64,000 nt of DNA from Chrysomallon squamiferum (GCA_012295275.1 CM022665.1:24242001-24306000); one strand, 5' to 3'; positions 13,708 to 28,222 are shown, counted from the first letter of the stretch. Made by a program: numbers and translations. The notes: generated by a model from the sequence alone, not told the origin.

Positions 13708-16489
13708 TATTTTATTAGAATTGTTTTTACTTTCTTTTCATTTTATTGAATTAATTTCTTTGTATGTGTGCTAAACAGAAAAAGTAGAAATGTCTCAACA
13801 GTTTTAAAATAAAACAAAATTTAAAACAGGATAATATCTACATTTCTTTTCTTTTTTTTTTAACTGAAGTTTTTCTTTAGATGAAACTGATTGCTAAATT
13901 TTACTGTTTTCTAACCATTTCATTTAATTATTTTCATTTGATGGGTTATAATTCATTAATATAATATTATTTTGAAGCCTAAAAGTTTTAGAATTTAGTC
14001 TGGAATGTCATAATAAAACAAATTAATTGGTTACTAATATCACAGACACATTTAAAACTAGAACAATGAAAATATTTCTCAGTCTGAGTGTGTGAACAAG
14101 ATTCTTGTAAAAGGGCAACAGAAACATGTAAATATGAATTCACAGTTATGGAAAGTTACCTGATTTTGTGTCATCTCATTTGATACATCGAGCCTGAAAG
14201 CTTTCCAATGTTCACGAGTCATTCATAGCTTTTAGAATGGTTTAGCATCATTTTGTTTGAAAACTGTCTCATGTATTGCAGCCCTGGGGTTTTGTGTGCT
14301 CTCACAAACTGAGACAAGGTCGTAACTGGCGGCCGTAAACTTTCTGCTTTTAGCAGCTTTCGTTGGTGAGGAATTCCCATAATTCCTTGCTTGTAGTGCT
14401 CGTAAATCCACTGGGGGTTTATAAAAATAGATGGTCAGTGAACATGTAAATTTATTTCACTTTTTTTTTAAGAAGAGTTATTTCGATTAAGGTTGAAATT
14501 GGAGAAAATGTTTAAATGAAATGAAGAGATAGTTTGTTTGGTGACACTTCACCACCCATTGCTTAATCTGAGTCAAGTATTAGTATGCTTCATTCTGATT
14601 CTTGTGGGAGAAAAATACTAGTATTTATACATGTAGAGATCTGACACTTTATCCTCCTGTGTTAAGTGAAAATATGCTCCTAGTTGTCAAGATATTACAA
14701 CTTGATTCTTAATCACATGGGAAAAAAAGTAAAATATTTATGCACTTTTAAATTTTACAGTTCATCATCACTTTTATAAATGGGCAAATTTGTATGACTG
14801 TTGTCTGAGTACCTCGTTTTATACAAATAAAGAAAACAAAATTAATAATTCTTATATATGTACTGAATTTATCCTTAACTGCATAAGTGGAACAAAAAAT
14901 ATATTATTGTTGTTATATCTTGATTTTGATTCAAGTGGAGAAGAAATATAATAATTATCATATGAGATTTCTTCTCAGTTTTGTAATAGAAATAAGACAC
15001 TAGTATACCTAAAAAAAGACTAATATCAATCTTTAAAATGTTTTCAAAAAAACAGTATATTATCAGTATACCTGCACCTGTTATTCTTGGTTCTAAGAAT
15101 TCAGGGGAAATGTTGTCATTTCAAATGATCTTTTGTATATTAATCTTTTGACAGGACAACACTAACTATGGGTCAGTATGATGAATTGTTATGTCTAAGA
15201 AATATACTTTACTGTTATATTATTTTTGTCTTTAAATTATGGCACAATGGTTTGAGTATAGCAAAACCATCTTTTCTGTATAAAACAGAGCCAAAAACTG
15301 AGCATAAGTATGCTTATGTGTGTTTATCTTTATGCATGCATGTATGGGTATGAAAACTTGCTACTGGCAGTGTGACATTACTGATTAATTCAAAGCAACT
15401 AATTCTGTGGTTTTATTCATAATTTCCCATTCCAACAAAAGAATATAATGACAGTTTACATCAAAGGCCAGAACATGTGCTATTCTACATTTTCTTTAAT
15501 TAAGACAAAATAAAATTTGCTCTCAGAATTATTTTATCGTTTAAAAAGTGGATTATCAATACTGTTTTGTCAGTTTAAGCAATAAATTTGTAATTATAAC
15601 AAGAAAAGAATGTCACTGCATTTTATTTCTTTTGTCTCACATCTTTGAAGTTTTAATTTATTCATGCCTTAGCATGTGAGTGATAATGTCTGAAAAAGAT
15701 GAAAAACTATAATTGTCTAAATGCCTTATTGCTGCAGGCCTAAAAAGGAAGAAAAAAAGAAAAGAAACTGTGTTTATGCATTTAATTTTTATTACTCCTG
15801 TTTTGTCTGAAAACACAAATATACTCTAGTGGCAGTATTTTCCCATGATCTGACAAAAAACCCAAACATTGTCTGCCATTGATACAGTCTAAAAGAGAAA
15901 TTGATTTTTCATTAAAAAAATATTTCTGAATCAAAAGAAATGTTACGCTTTTTTTTTATTTTTCTTCTGCTGTTAAATAAAGAAGTTCATTATTAAAAAT
16001 GTTTTGTTGACTCTGAAACAGTCACACACACAAAGAACATTAATTTTACCGATGTCACAAAGTTTCCACATCACTGTTCATATGTCATGGCCCACTCAGG
16101 TGCTGTTGTTACTGCTGTATTGTTTGTTAACAAGGTATATGACGTGGCACTTAAAAAAAAGCAAAAGCAAAGACTTAAATGTTAAGTGACAATTGTTTGA
16201 AAATAATGGCCATGTAGCTTTTGCTACCTTAGAAAAATACCCACTGACGGGAATTAATGGTTCATTGGAAATTTCAGAATAATACTTCATAATGGGGTGT
16301 GGTATCTGAATAATTTTTGAATATAAAAAAAAAATATAATATAATAAAAAAATGAAAGAGGTGATATTGTAAAATACATAAAGTTTTGCTGTCAGGAAGG
16401 TAATTTGCCGTAAAGACTTGTTGTAAGCATTTTTCACATCACTGCTTTTACAGCAAGTGTTATTTAATTATGAAAAATGTGACAAGGTT

Positions 16490-16681
16490 TCTGATTGGTC
16501 TGATGATGGACAAGCCTCTGTGATTGGTTTTGGTTTATTAAATAATGGTGATATGTGGTGAAGAGGTATTATTATGACATATTCCATATTTATATGTGGT
16601 TTCTGAATTGTTGATGATTTCCACTCAAGTCTGACTCACAGTCTCTAGCCTTTGATTAAAAACATGAGATTCAAATGGATG
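16490..16681 (+). promoter_or_regulatory. Candidate internal promoter and alternative first exon (MRFKWM|) of KIF26
   Basis: Two inverted CCAAT boxes (TGATTGG) about 30 bp apart near 16492 and 16521, TATA-like TATTAAAT near 16536, TGACTCA at 16632, in-frame stop at 16646, AAAC-ATG at 16664, and consensus donor ATG|GTAAGT in phase 0 matching exon 23150. Confidence 0.5.
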
Positions 16682-16802
16682 GTAAGTAAATATATATTTT
16701 TAAATTTATATTTATATTGGTTTGTATGTTTATATATGTATGTATGTTTCTGTATATCTGTGTGCATATCTGTTCATGTGTTTGTGACGTGTATGTGTTT
16801 AT

Positions 16803-16838
<36 letters not shown>

Positions 16839-17624
16839 AATAATGTATTGTTTTTATTTATTTGTGTGTGTGTGTGTGTTTGTGTATTTAAAGATTTCTG
16901 AATTTTTCTCAATGTTCAGTAAGGATAATAAATAACAACTTCTGCTTAAATATTATTTTAATAATAATAATAATAATAGTATATCAATTTCAATAATAAT
17001 AACAACAACAGCAATATTAATATTAATAATAATAATAATAACCAAAATTAAGTCACTGAATATTAGAAAAATTATTTATTGTTTTCCAAATTTATTTCTG
17101 TTCAAAGATATCCAACTTTTAAGATGAAACTGTTTGATTTGATTACAGCATTATTGGAAATAAATCATTCCTGTAACACCAACTGGCCAGTTAGCTGCAC
17201 ATCACATTATATGGAGCAGTTAGCTTGGTACTTGGGTTCTACACCACAGCAGTTTCTTAATGAAATTGTCAGTCCAACATTGTAAATCACTCCTACCGGC
17301 CTATGATTCATTATTTGAGTTTTCCTCTTTGACAGATTATTGTGAAGATCTGCTTTATAATATCTCTCTCAGGGTCATGTGTTTTGATTTTTTTTTAATA
17401 TTTTTTTTTTTTCTTTTACTAATGGTAACTGATCATCCTCTGTTAAATACTGTTTGCACTGATTTGTTTTATTACTGCTGATTTTGTTATCTGTTTGTTT
17501 TATCTTGTTATCTTGAGTATTCCTGTGTGTTGATTTGTATGCTGGTTGTTTTACTTTTGTGACTGAAATTGGTTAATGATAACTGTAGTATTGTTTTACC
17601 TAGTGTATCACTGTTTAATTTTTT

Positions 17625-17628
17625 AAGT

Positions 17629-17672
<44 letters not shown>
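17625..17672. repeat. (GT)n microsatellite
   Basis: Direct reading. Confidence 0.95.
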
Positions 17673-17674
<2 letters not shown>

Positions 17675-17943
17675 ACATATAAGTTGATATGTGAGTATAT
17701 GGATGAATAAGTATGTTTACATTTGTTATGGATATATTTCTCAATGTTTATATTTGTGTGCACAAACTTGTGATTGTGTGCAGGATGGGTGAGTATGTAC
17801 ATGTAAAACTGTCTTCAGTTTGTGTCAGATTAAATATTCTGATGACAGACATTTATATCTTCTAGTCCTTTAAGGCTGATTACTTTTAAAATGATACATC
17901 TAAAGTGTATATATAATATACAGAGAGAGAAGAATATATTAAC

Positions 17944-18156
17944 AAATTTAAATAGATATTATTTACGTAATATAAATTTCAAAAATATTTTTACAACTTC
18001 CATGATCAATCATCCTTTATAGCAGACAGTAAACAATAACTGATTATCATATGAAAATTTAAATAGATGTTATTTATGTAATATAAATTTCAAAAACATT
18101 TTTACAGCTTCCTTTATAGCAGACAGTAAACAATAATTGATTATCATATGAAAAAA
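17944..18156. repeat. Tandem duplication of about 110 bp, two copies
   Basis: aaatttaaatagat.ttattta.gtaatataaatttcaaaaa...cctttatagcagacagtaaacaataa.tgattatcatatgaaaa occurs twice; the second copy has a small deletion. Confidence 0.9.
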
Positions 18157-18942
18157 CACTGATACATAACTTATGCAACAATCATGCAACACATATTTAT
18201 ACTAAAATCCACAGATGGTTTTGCAACAATTTTTAGCTGCTTAATTATATTTTTAATGAAATATGTAAAACAGTTATAAAAAGAAATAATAATAACTATA
18301 ATCTCTCTGCTCCCAATTAACATGAGGTCTTCACTGAGTACTGAATGTGTCCTGTGATGTATGAGAATTACTATGAATAATGCAGAAGGCAACGTATTTG
18401 ATACAGCATTTATTGGCAAAAATCAATGGTCACCCTTCAAATAACTGGTCAGCAAGTAATAGCCGATGTCATCTTCGTTGGACAGGGGGAGGTGTCTTAA
18501 TTTTATTATCATATGCATGCTGGCTCCTTTACTCCTGCAGTGGTCATAAATGTCATCATGGATGGCGTGCACGTGTTGGTCAATAATCAACAACTGCAGA
18601 TTGCTTGAAAGTTCTGCATCAGGTGGAGTAACAAGTCTTTGTTTTTTGAAACATTTCTTTTGAAGTGACATTTCTTAACTAACAGGATTAGGCTTTTTCT
18701 AATCCAGAAGACATCCGGTTTTTTCACTTGTTATAAGTCTTCAGCTGTTTGGTAATAAGTTATTAGCTACTTCTTTCAATCTGTCACATTTAAAACATCA
18801 GTCAGATGCAAGATGAGGAATTAAGATCCTGGATATTTTTTGTTTTGGCTTTTTTTTTTTCTCATCAGTTCTGATAATAATCTGTTTGGAAATTCATCAC
18901 CAACTTGTGGCCAGTTTACTTAGTTTTTTATTTTAATGTGGA

Positions 18943-18973
<31 letters not shown>

Positions 18974-21900
18974 GCTGCTAGACAGATGCAAGATTCCCAC
19001 TGAATTAGAACAGGTTTCTATACTGTTGTGTGCAGAATGCTCAGTTTTCTTCTCTCAGTTAGTGTGTTTAGTGCTGAGTTTCTCCATAAAGAAAATGTGA
19101 GAACAGAAAACAGTTTAAAAAAAAAACATTTGGGATAGTTTATACTAACACACTAAACAGAAGAAAAAGATGATCTTTCTTTTTTACCAAAAAGAAAACA
19201 ATAGAGGAATGATTACATTGTTCTGACTTAGTAAAAAAAAAAAAAGTGAAATTGTTTAGATAGGGCTTTTTTAATAACTATCAAGGAAAACAGAAGTATA
19301 CTTTAAGGATAATATTTGGTAACTTAGAAAACAGAAAAGAAATGGAGAACATTTACTGACAAAAAAAACCAGGAATATATTTCATACAGGAATTACTATA
19401 AGGTAATATATATATTATTTTTTAATTATCTCAGGTCTCAGTTTATTTTATTATTAAACTTTTCTGTTAAATTGTTTGTTTATCCATTGACAGACTGTAA
19501 TGTCTATAAAAATAATTACATGTATCTGTATTGTGAAAAATAACTTTTCATATATATATATATATATATATATATGAAAGATTTCTAAAGTATTTCTATG
19601 TATATCTGAGAACTTCTATAAATGACAATAAATGGATATATTTTATAAGGATATTAAAATCCACAAATTAAACTTTGTTAAAGACATATATTTAATAAAC
19701 ACTTCATCATCTCTACAACACTTTTTAATCAATTTATAAACATGCAGTGCCAGAAAAGTGGCACAGTTCAATGGAAATGGAAGATTTTTATATTTTTAAA
19801 GAAACAGTTATTTAGAATCCACAGTGGGGATTTGAACTACAATATTTTGTTTAGTAATTTGATAAATTTATGCTAGCTACCATTAATAAGGACGCTATAT
19901 ATCTGATACTGCTAGAATGTCTTTATATGCCAATATAATTTCATTATTATATTTAAAATTTGTAAAACAGCTGAATAGAAACAATATGTGAAAACGTGTT
20001 AGTGCTAAAAAGAATAATACTCCTGTTATTAAATTACAGGAAATTCTATCACTGCTCTGTTGGAAGTTTGCTTGATGAAAGTAATTCAATTTTTATGTTG
20101 TTGCCAACTGACAGACAACCTCATTCTTTTGTGATTATTTGTGCCAATCACACCACAGTACATTATACATTTAGATTAGAACAATACAGCTAGCCACTGT
20201 AGGAATTATTTCATATAATACATGAGTGATTAATAAATGTGTCTGATGAAGAATGAGGTATGTATAGTCTGTCCATACATGTGTATAAGGGATTGCTTTA
20301 AAGTTATAATAGTACTAATTGAGTATAGCTTCTCCTGCATTGTTTAAATAAACAATTACTTATCATGCTTAAAGTTAAAGAACTAATGATTTAATAATTT
20401 TCATCATATTTATAAACAAATATTTCTTTAGTTATATATTAATTTTTACCTTCTTTAATTTAATGATGTTTTGAGACATCAGTAATAATAACAACAAACA
20501 TTTTTATATCTGTTATATTTTTCATTTTCTTAATCTTTTTCTTCTATTTCTTCTTTTCATCTTCTTTTATTCTTTTATAAAATATTTTTATGTCAACAAA
20601 ACATGTAAATTCAATAATTTACAACTCAGTGCATATTCAGACATCATGTACAGCAAACTGAGTGATTACACACATTTATTAAATGACTAATAAATGATGT
20701 TTTTACTCAAGTATCCAATCAATAAGCTTCATGCCACTCATGTCTGTAAACCAAGTGTTTATTGGTTACAAAACAGCTGAACAAAACCAAAAAAAAAAAT
20801 CCATCTGTAAACTTTTGTCTTCCAAATTTGAAAAAGTTACATTTTATTTCACCATTGTTGGGATTTTTTTTTTTCTTTTTTTATGCCTTGGCACAGTTGG
20901 ATGCCCTAGCCTAGCTAGATGGCCTGGCACACTTGGATGCCCTATTGATGCAGTTTGCTTTAATTTGACCATCGAGCTGTTTTGTGCTGTTGTTGAATGG
21001 CCAAGATCCGACACGAGTTGGGCTTGAATACAGATCTCAGCATGGGACATCTCACCGATAATGCAGTCATTATAAATTGAAAGACATAACTGTTTCACAC
21101 TTGACAAGATACGATGTGTGGCAGTCCTCCTATTCTCTCTTACATGCAGTATGATTAAACACTGGACTGGAGTAACATGTCATTTCAGCTGGCACCAGCA
21201 GATTACACTGACAGTTCTATCCAACAGGTTTTTATATTTAACAAGTGGCAGTCTTCTGCTTATTCTTCATATTTTTTTCTTCTTCTTTCTTTTATGAAGT
21301 GTTTGAATAGAAGTGTCCTGATTGCCACTTAATGGTTTTCTCTGTCATTTCTGTCTCTGTGTATAGTGACAGTTGGTAAACTGGATAATGATTTCTTACT
21401 AATGCCTCTTTAGGTAATTTGGAGGAGTTTAGAGTTTTACTCAGATGCTGTAGATCATTTGTACTTGTTGTATATTTCTTTAGTTATTAATAATATTTTT
21501 GTATTGATTTCCTAATATTTTTAAAGGCTTAGAAGGATTAAGTTTACAGTTTTTAGGAAGATGATTAATTGTCAGTTATAACAGTTTCATTTTATTTTTT
21601 ATATTAATGTTTAAAGTAGATATAAAAACTGTTTTTGTGAACAAATAAAATCTATTGTAATTGTCAGGTTTGATTGATAAACAGAAAAGTAATATATTTA
21701 ATTTTTTTATTAGTATAATTTTTTTATTTTTAATTAATTAATATACTTTGTTGATGGATGTACTTGTTTTAAATGTCAAATTTTCGAACTAAATGTACAA
21801 CACCTATACAATGATATGTTATAATGTACAAGGGAATCATTAACCCTCTATCGTTGCCATTATTACTAAACACAAATGTTACACCACTACATTAACCTGA

Positions 21901-22039
21901 ATAATATATAAAATAGTTGTAGGTGATGAAGCACTTGGTATTTTGTGATCTTTAACCATTTTTTTTTTTTTTTTTTTGCTTAGCCAAGCTTGGTAATTGC
22001 TCTAGTGATGGCATTTTTCATTTATTTATTTATTTATTC

Positions 22040-22397
22040 TGATTCTTACTTTCTTTCTCTCTCCTGTCTCTCTCTCTTCATGCCTCTTGTCATTCTTTCC
22101 TTGTTTTCTTTCTTTGTCTCTCTATCTCCTTATCTTTTTCTGTCAGCCTCACTATCATTCTGTCTTCATTTTTTCCCTTTTTATCTTTATTTCTTTCACT
22201 TTCTGATTGTTTTCTCTTACTTATTCTGATATTGTTTTTTCTTCTTCCACTTTTCTGTTTCTCCCCTTTTCTTTCTCCTTTCTATTTCACTTTCTCTTTT
22301 TCTCTCTCTTACAATAACTACTTCAGTCTTTCATCAGTAACTAAAGTTTTCTCTCTATATGCAATAATTTACTCTCTCTCTCTTTATCTCTCTCTCT

Positions 22398-22447
<50 letters not shown>

Positions 22448-22540
22448 GACTTGAAATCTCTCAATCTCTATCTCACTCTCTCTGTGTTTCTCTCTCATCT
22501 TATCTCAGTCTTTCCTTAATAACCAATTTTTCTGTCTCTG
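22040..22540. repeat. C/T-rich low-complexity tract with (CT)n core
   Basis: Direct reading; pure (CT)n at about 22402-22440. Confidence 0.9.
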
Positions 22541-22997
22541 TGTACCATTATTTAATCTCACTGTGCCTATGACTGTCTGTTATGTGATGTCTGCCAGTAG
22601 TTATCTGGTACTTGCTAAATGCCTTGATCTGCCACAGTTCCAGTATTGCATTGTGTTGTGTTTAGCACCTGTGTTAAGTGGTTTCTATCTGACTGTTAAC
22701 TGCAGAAATTACACTCTGAAGACTGCATGTTGAATTTGACAGCTTTATGGTTTCAGATGTATTGTGTAAGAATAATACAGTTTATTTTGGTAGAAAACAG
22801 AAGAAAAAAATTCTCATATCACTCAGTTGACTAACAATCCCAGGAAAGTAGTGGTTGATTTTATTTGTTTGGAAACAGTTATTTGGAAAATAGGATCAGC
22901 TGGATTATCTGAAGACTGATTTAATCCTATTGCAATACTTTTTTTTTATTTTTATTGTTATTGTTAATATTTTATTATTGTTTTTATTGTTGTTATA

Positions 22998-22998
<1 letters not shown>

Positions 22999-23060
<62 letters not shown>
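22999..23060. repeat. (ATT)n microsatellite
   Basis: Direct reading. Confidence 0.95.
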
Positions 23061-23149
23061 TTATTTATTTTATTGCTGTCCGAATTTCAACCTCATTATG
23101 GTAAATTATAAATTTATTTTAAAAATGTATTTATATTTTATATTTACAG

Positions 23150-23493
23150 ATGATAGTGAACCGGTCAGGAGGACAGGACAAAATGGTCAATTTGGACACA
23201 AAGTCTACTACTGAGATGAATGGTCATGTAAATGGTCACTTAAATGGCCATGCAGTAAGTCATGTAAATGGTCATCTGACCAGTTACTCACACCGACAAG
23301 GAATGGCTCAAGCACTCCATCACACATCAAACCCCCACTGGCACCAGTCCCCAGTACAGCACTTACAGCAGACTGTGCCTCTCAGTCCAGGATCCCCACC
23401 ACCTCATTATGCTCACAGCAGGATATCATCCATGTCCTCCAGTCCTGGGTCACCCCCACCAAACCCTTCTGCTGCAGTGTCATTCTTTGCAAG
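23150..23493 (+). CDS. KIF26: KIF26 exon, His/Pro/Ser-rich, ending SAAVSFFA(R)
   Basis: Acceptor tatttacag|, donor AAG|GTAAGT, 344 bp, phase 0 to 2. It ends in the KIF26 signature AxSFFAR, which continues as AAQKL in the next exon. Confidence 0.93.
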
Positions 23494-24564
23494 GTAAGTC
23501 ACTTTAATCATTTGGTTGTCGGTGCACTTTAATAACTATGGTATGAGATCTCCAAATTTTTATTTATTTATTGCTTAATATATATATATATATAATATAA
23601 GAATTATATACATGTTTAACTAGAATCATTAATCTAATATCCATGGTAAGTCTAAAAGGCTTCAGAGAGGCTGAATTGTCTGTCTAATTTCACTGGATAA
23701 TTTGCTAGACAGAAACCCAATTTTTTTCTTTAAAAAAAAAGAAAAGAAAATTAATTGTTATTTTGAGGTATTTAAAGTACTTCTTCTAGAGACATTTGTT
23801 GCAAATAACTTAAAAGGCAGACACAAGGAACACTTAATTGACAAGGAGTGACAGTAAATCTTTTTAGTTCACCAAAAAAGTAACAAACATTTCGTCAGTC
23901 TGCATCTTCTGTATTTCACAACTGCCTATGGTGGTAATGAAATAAAATGGATCATCAAAGATTGAAAAAATATTTCTTTTTTTCTTTTCCCCTCTGAATC
24001 TTGAAAATGAACAGTCCTTTATTTTACAACTCTTGGACATAAACAGAGGCAAATGGCTGGACAGACGAAAGCCACATGCCCTGCTTCAAAGTGTTCTGCC
24101 TTGATCAATGCCTGTCGTCCCCGACAAAATTTACTCAACAGCTCAATTGATGCAATGATTGCCCATAAAACATCAGCACCAAATTTCCCATAATTAATAA
24201 GTGTTGGGTCTGAGTCACAAGAGGTTGTCTTCAAGAGGTGTAGTGATAAATACTACCTCAAAACCAGCCAGTTGCAAGTTTTCTCTAGTGCGTATGGCAA
24301 ATATTTACGAGAAATGCTGTGACAGTCAGGGCCCATATTATGAAAAGGGGGATAATAGTGGAAATCCTCTTCATGTTTGTTTAGCAGATGTGTTTCATGC
24401 TGTGTCTGTATTTGGGTTCCATATGAATGTGTAAATGATTCATTAATTGATGGAAAATGAAATAAAAAATGGGGTGAAAATGTCAGATGGTGGGTCTAAT
24501 TAAAAAAGATGAAGAAAGATTAACATTCTGATAGTTTTAAGAATGTGTAGTTTCAAATGATGTT

Positions 24565-24605
<41 letters not shown>

Positions 24606-26513
24606 TATTTAATATAAAATAAAGTTTGTTGGTTTTGTATTGTTTTTATTTTATTTTTCAATTTTCAATTTTTTCCCCTATTTTCGTGTAGAGCTAAAGA
24701 ATTCAGCATGTAGTTTTTATAACATCATACTGTCTGAAATGGAAAATGTTAGGCAGAAATGAAAATGGTAATAAAACAAATTGTTTTAAACTAAAAATAT
24801 ATCATTAGTAAAAGAAGAGATTCATATATACATATTTTTTATGTTTTCTTTCTTTTTCTTTTTATTAATATTTTTCTTCTTCTTATATTTATTATTATTT
24901 TTTATGTATTTTTATTTTTTTTTATTTTTTTATAAGTCAGTGAAATTAATTTATTCACTGGTCATAAAAAGTTTTTTTCACCAGATATATTTTGAAAGTT
25001 GGTATTTCATCCTAGCCTGGACATACAAATAATGCTTTGGTTTAGAACCTCAATAAAAATAATCCACATTATTAAATACTTTGTATTTGACTTCCAACTG
25101 TTTAGCTTATTGTGTTTACAGCAGTAGTGAACACATTTAGTTACTGAGTATAAAAAAACATTTGTATTGTCATTTTTATTATTTCCTTTTCAAAATGCCA
25201 GATTTATGAGATCCTCTTTACTGTTAATTCAGGTTTTGCATTTTGGTTGTCCTGATATGCTTCCTTTTAATTATGTGGGATTTTCTTTCTCTTTATGGAT
25301 GGAGGAATTTTTAAATTTTCTTTTCAAAACTTGTAAAGATTTTTTTAAGTTATAAATAAATTATTTTGTATTACTATTTGTCTTTTTAAAATGCATATAT
25401 CTCCACATTAAACAGTTACAAAGAGATTTTTCTCCATTTAAATCTTTCTTTTCTAACCAAAAATCTACAAATCCACACAATTATAAATGATGCTGATGTC
25501 TATTGTATTTTTTCAGTGCACAGTAATAACTGCTAAAAGCAGACAGATGTAAAGAAAACAATTGATCATTTAAAATTGATTTTTCAAAATATAAAACAAT
25601 AGTGTACTTTTTGTTTTCCTTTTGTACTTTCATGTTTTTTTTTTTTTTTCAAAATTATTTGTATTTTCTCTTACAAATTAAAACCAGAAGAAAAGTTATT
25701 TTATTCTGTTGTAGGAATTTTGAATTCATGTTTATTTAATTGATTGTCTCAAAGTAAAATGATTGACTGTTTGACTCAGAAACTCCTGAGAACCAAGCCT
25801 GACTGATTGTAAAATCAATTCCAAAGTTAAAGTCTTTCAACCAAGTCAACTCAACAGAAAAAATCTCTGGCATTTTAATGAAGCCAGCCATGCTCCCAAA
25901 TTTCAAATCCATTCTCCTTTTCAAATGAAACACCTTGACAACCACAGGTAGTGAGTAGGAAATTGATTTTTCTCAGGTAATTTCAAAATGGTTATCACGG
26001 GGATATAAAATGTGGATTTGCATCAAATAAAACTTAATTTTATGCTTCAGATATTGTGGAGAGCAAAGGGTTTTATAGTGTCTGTCAATGAAAGCTATCA
26101 AATCAAAGTCATTATTCTTCTTTTTGTTTGTTTTCCTTAGTCTTATTTTCTCGTTATGATACGCTGGAAAAATAAAGCATTAATACCTTTATCCCTGCTT
26201 GCTTTCACATAACAAGTCATAAAAATCATTTTTAATACTGCTATTAACTGTAATATATGAGACTATTTGGATGACAAAATATGAGTTGTCCATGAGAACA
26301 ATAAACACACTGATTATTTTAACATGTGGTTAATGGTTATCAGTGAGTGACTAATGATTTCATTTAGGCATTTGTCAGTCATGAAATCTTTTGACTGTTG
26401 ACTGCTTCAATTAAACAGGTGTTTAATGGATGAGATTACTGAGAGAATAATAAAGACTAAATATTCTGCCTCTTGGTAACGACTTCAACTTGAAAGCCTA
26501 TACACTGTGCTGT

Positions 26514-26652
26514 TATATTAACTTCTATAATTTATTTATTTACAAAACATTTGTTGGCCACTATAATTCATTCATTTGCAGAGTACATATTAACTTGTAT
26601 AATTAATTTATTTGCAAAGTGTATATTAACTTCGGTAATTAATTTATTTACT
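26514..26652. repeat. Degenerate minisatellite of about 36 bp, about 4 copies
   Basis: Repeated tatattaactt.tataattaatttatttgcaaag. Confidence 0.75.
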
Positions 26653-26669
26653 TTCTGTAATGAATTATT

Positions 26670-26700
<31 letters not shown>

Positions 26701-27585
26701 AAAGAAAATATCAATAAAATAAGAAATGAATAATAAGAACAACAATAATAACATTAATTATTGTTGTTCCACAATCATTCTGATTTGAAATAATATCCAT
26801 TTAATAAATAAATAAATAAATTTAATAATAATAATAAATAATTAAATAAATTTAAAAACAATAACAAAATAAATAAAGGAAACTTTTTTTTATATTATAT
26901 TGGCCCATTATGTAAAATATTTGTCTTAAAATAATGAGATATCTCTTATTTTGTTAACAGTGGTTTGTTAAATAATTTTGTTATAAAAATGAACACTATG
27001 AAATATATACAAATTAATTAACTTGTACCCATATAACATAATACTGAATTAAACAAATTATGAATATCTTAACACTGTCAATTATGTAACAAGTTGCAAA
27101 ACAACAAAATTATCTAAAATGAAACTTGTTGCCACTCTACTCTCAATACACATCACCAATTATTTTTATTAAAAACATTCCCACCAAAATAACAATAAAT
27201 ATCTTATTATTATCAAACCTATCCTTTCCTAGTATAAAACATTTTTATTATTTTTAAAATTCAAATTGTTTAACTTGAATTTAAAAAAAACAACAAAAAG
27301 CAAAACAAAGAAAATGTTTTGGCCATTTCTGGAAGTGTCCATGCACTTGAGGCTGTCAGCTTGCTTGATGAAGTCTGCAATAATAAACACACAGCACTTG
27401 TAATCCTAATTGAAGACTTGTGTCTTGATTGTCAAGTCAACATCCTGGCTTGTGGACATAGCTGCAGGATTCCCACACTTTATGTAAATGAAAAACACTT
27501 TGATTTCTAAGAGTTGTGCATTTTTGTTTTTAATATTATATGAAAAATTATTTATGGAATGAGACCCTGTATGTTATCCTTTTTC

Positions 27586-27616
<31 letters not shown>

Positions 27617-27967
27617 TTTATTTTTATTTATTTATTTATTTATTTATTATTATTATTATTTTTTATTTTTTATTTTTTGGATGACACTATATTGTCTATC
27701 TCTGTATATTTTTATCACTTTTAAAACTTGTAACATGTTTAACACTTTTTACTAATTGTTCAAAAACCTGACCAGCACTGATTAAATGGGTAAATATGTT
27801 TAGAACATAAATTACTGTTTTAAAATTTTAACTAGATTTTAACGAATATACTGAGACTGCTTTTAAAATGTTTCTTGTATAAAGTATTAAACAAAACATT
27901 CTCTTCAAAATTATATTTTCTGTATTCAGTTTCTTAAATTTTTTATTTAACTCCTCATTCATTCACA

Positions 27968-28222
27968 TAAAAACACATCTGTGATTATTAATAAAATTTA
28001 CACAGTTACCATAAATTATTCAAAACTATATATAACCAAATTTTAACAACTTCCGCAGCAGTACATTATAGCAGTCAGGGACACATTATTTTATCCACAA
28101 AATCTCATCTGTGATTATTTTTAATAAACTTTCCACAATTTCTATAAAATATTTAAAACCATTTATCACAGAATGTTAATAACATCACTGCTACCAGGCC
28201 AAGTGAGACACTATTTTACCCA
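27968..28222. repeat. Diverged tandem duplication of about 130 bp
   Basis: catctgtgattatt..aataaa...aacaac/ataac...gacac...tattttatcca/tattttaccca occurs twice. Confidence 0.7.

Noticed and set aside
24201-24436. 77-codon ORF ending at a phase-2 GT (TGT|GTAAAT)
   Set aside because: The donor is too weak and the peptide is unrecognisable.
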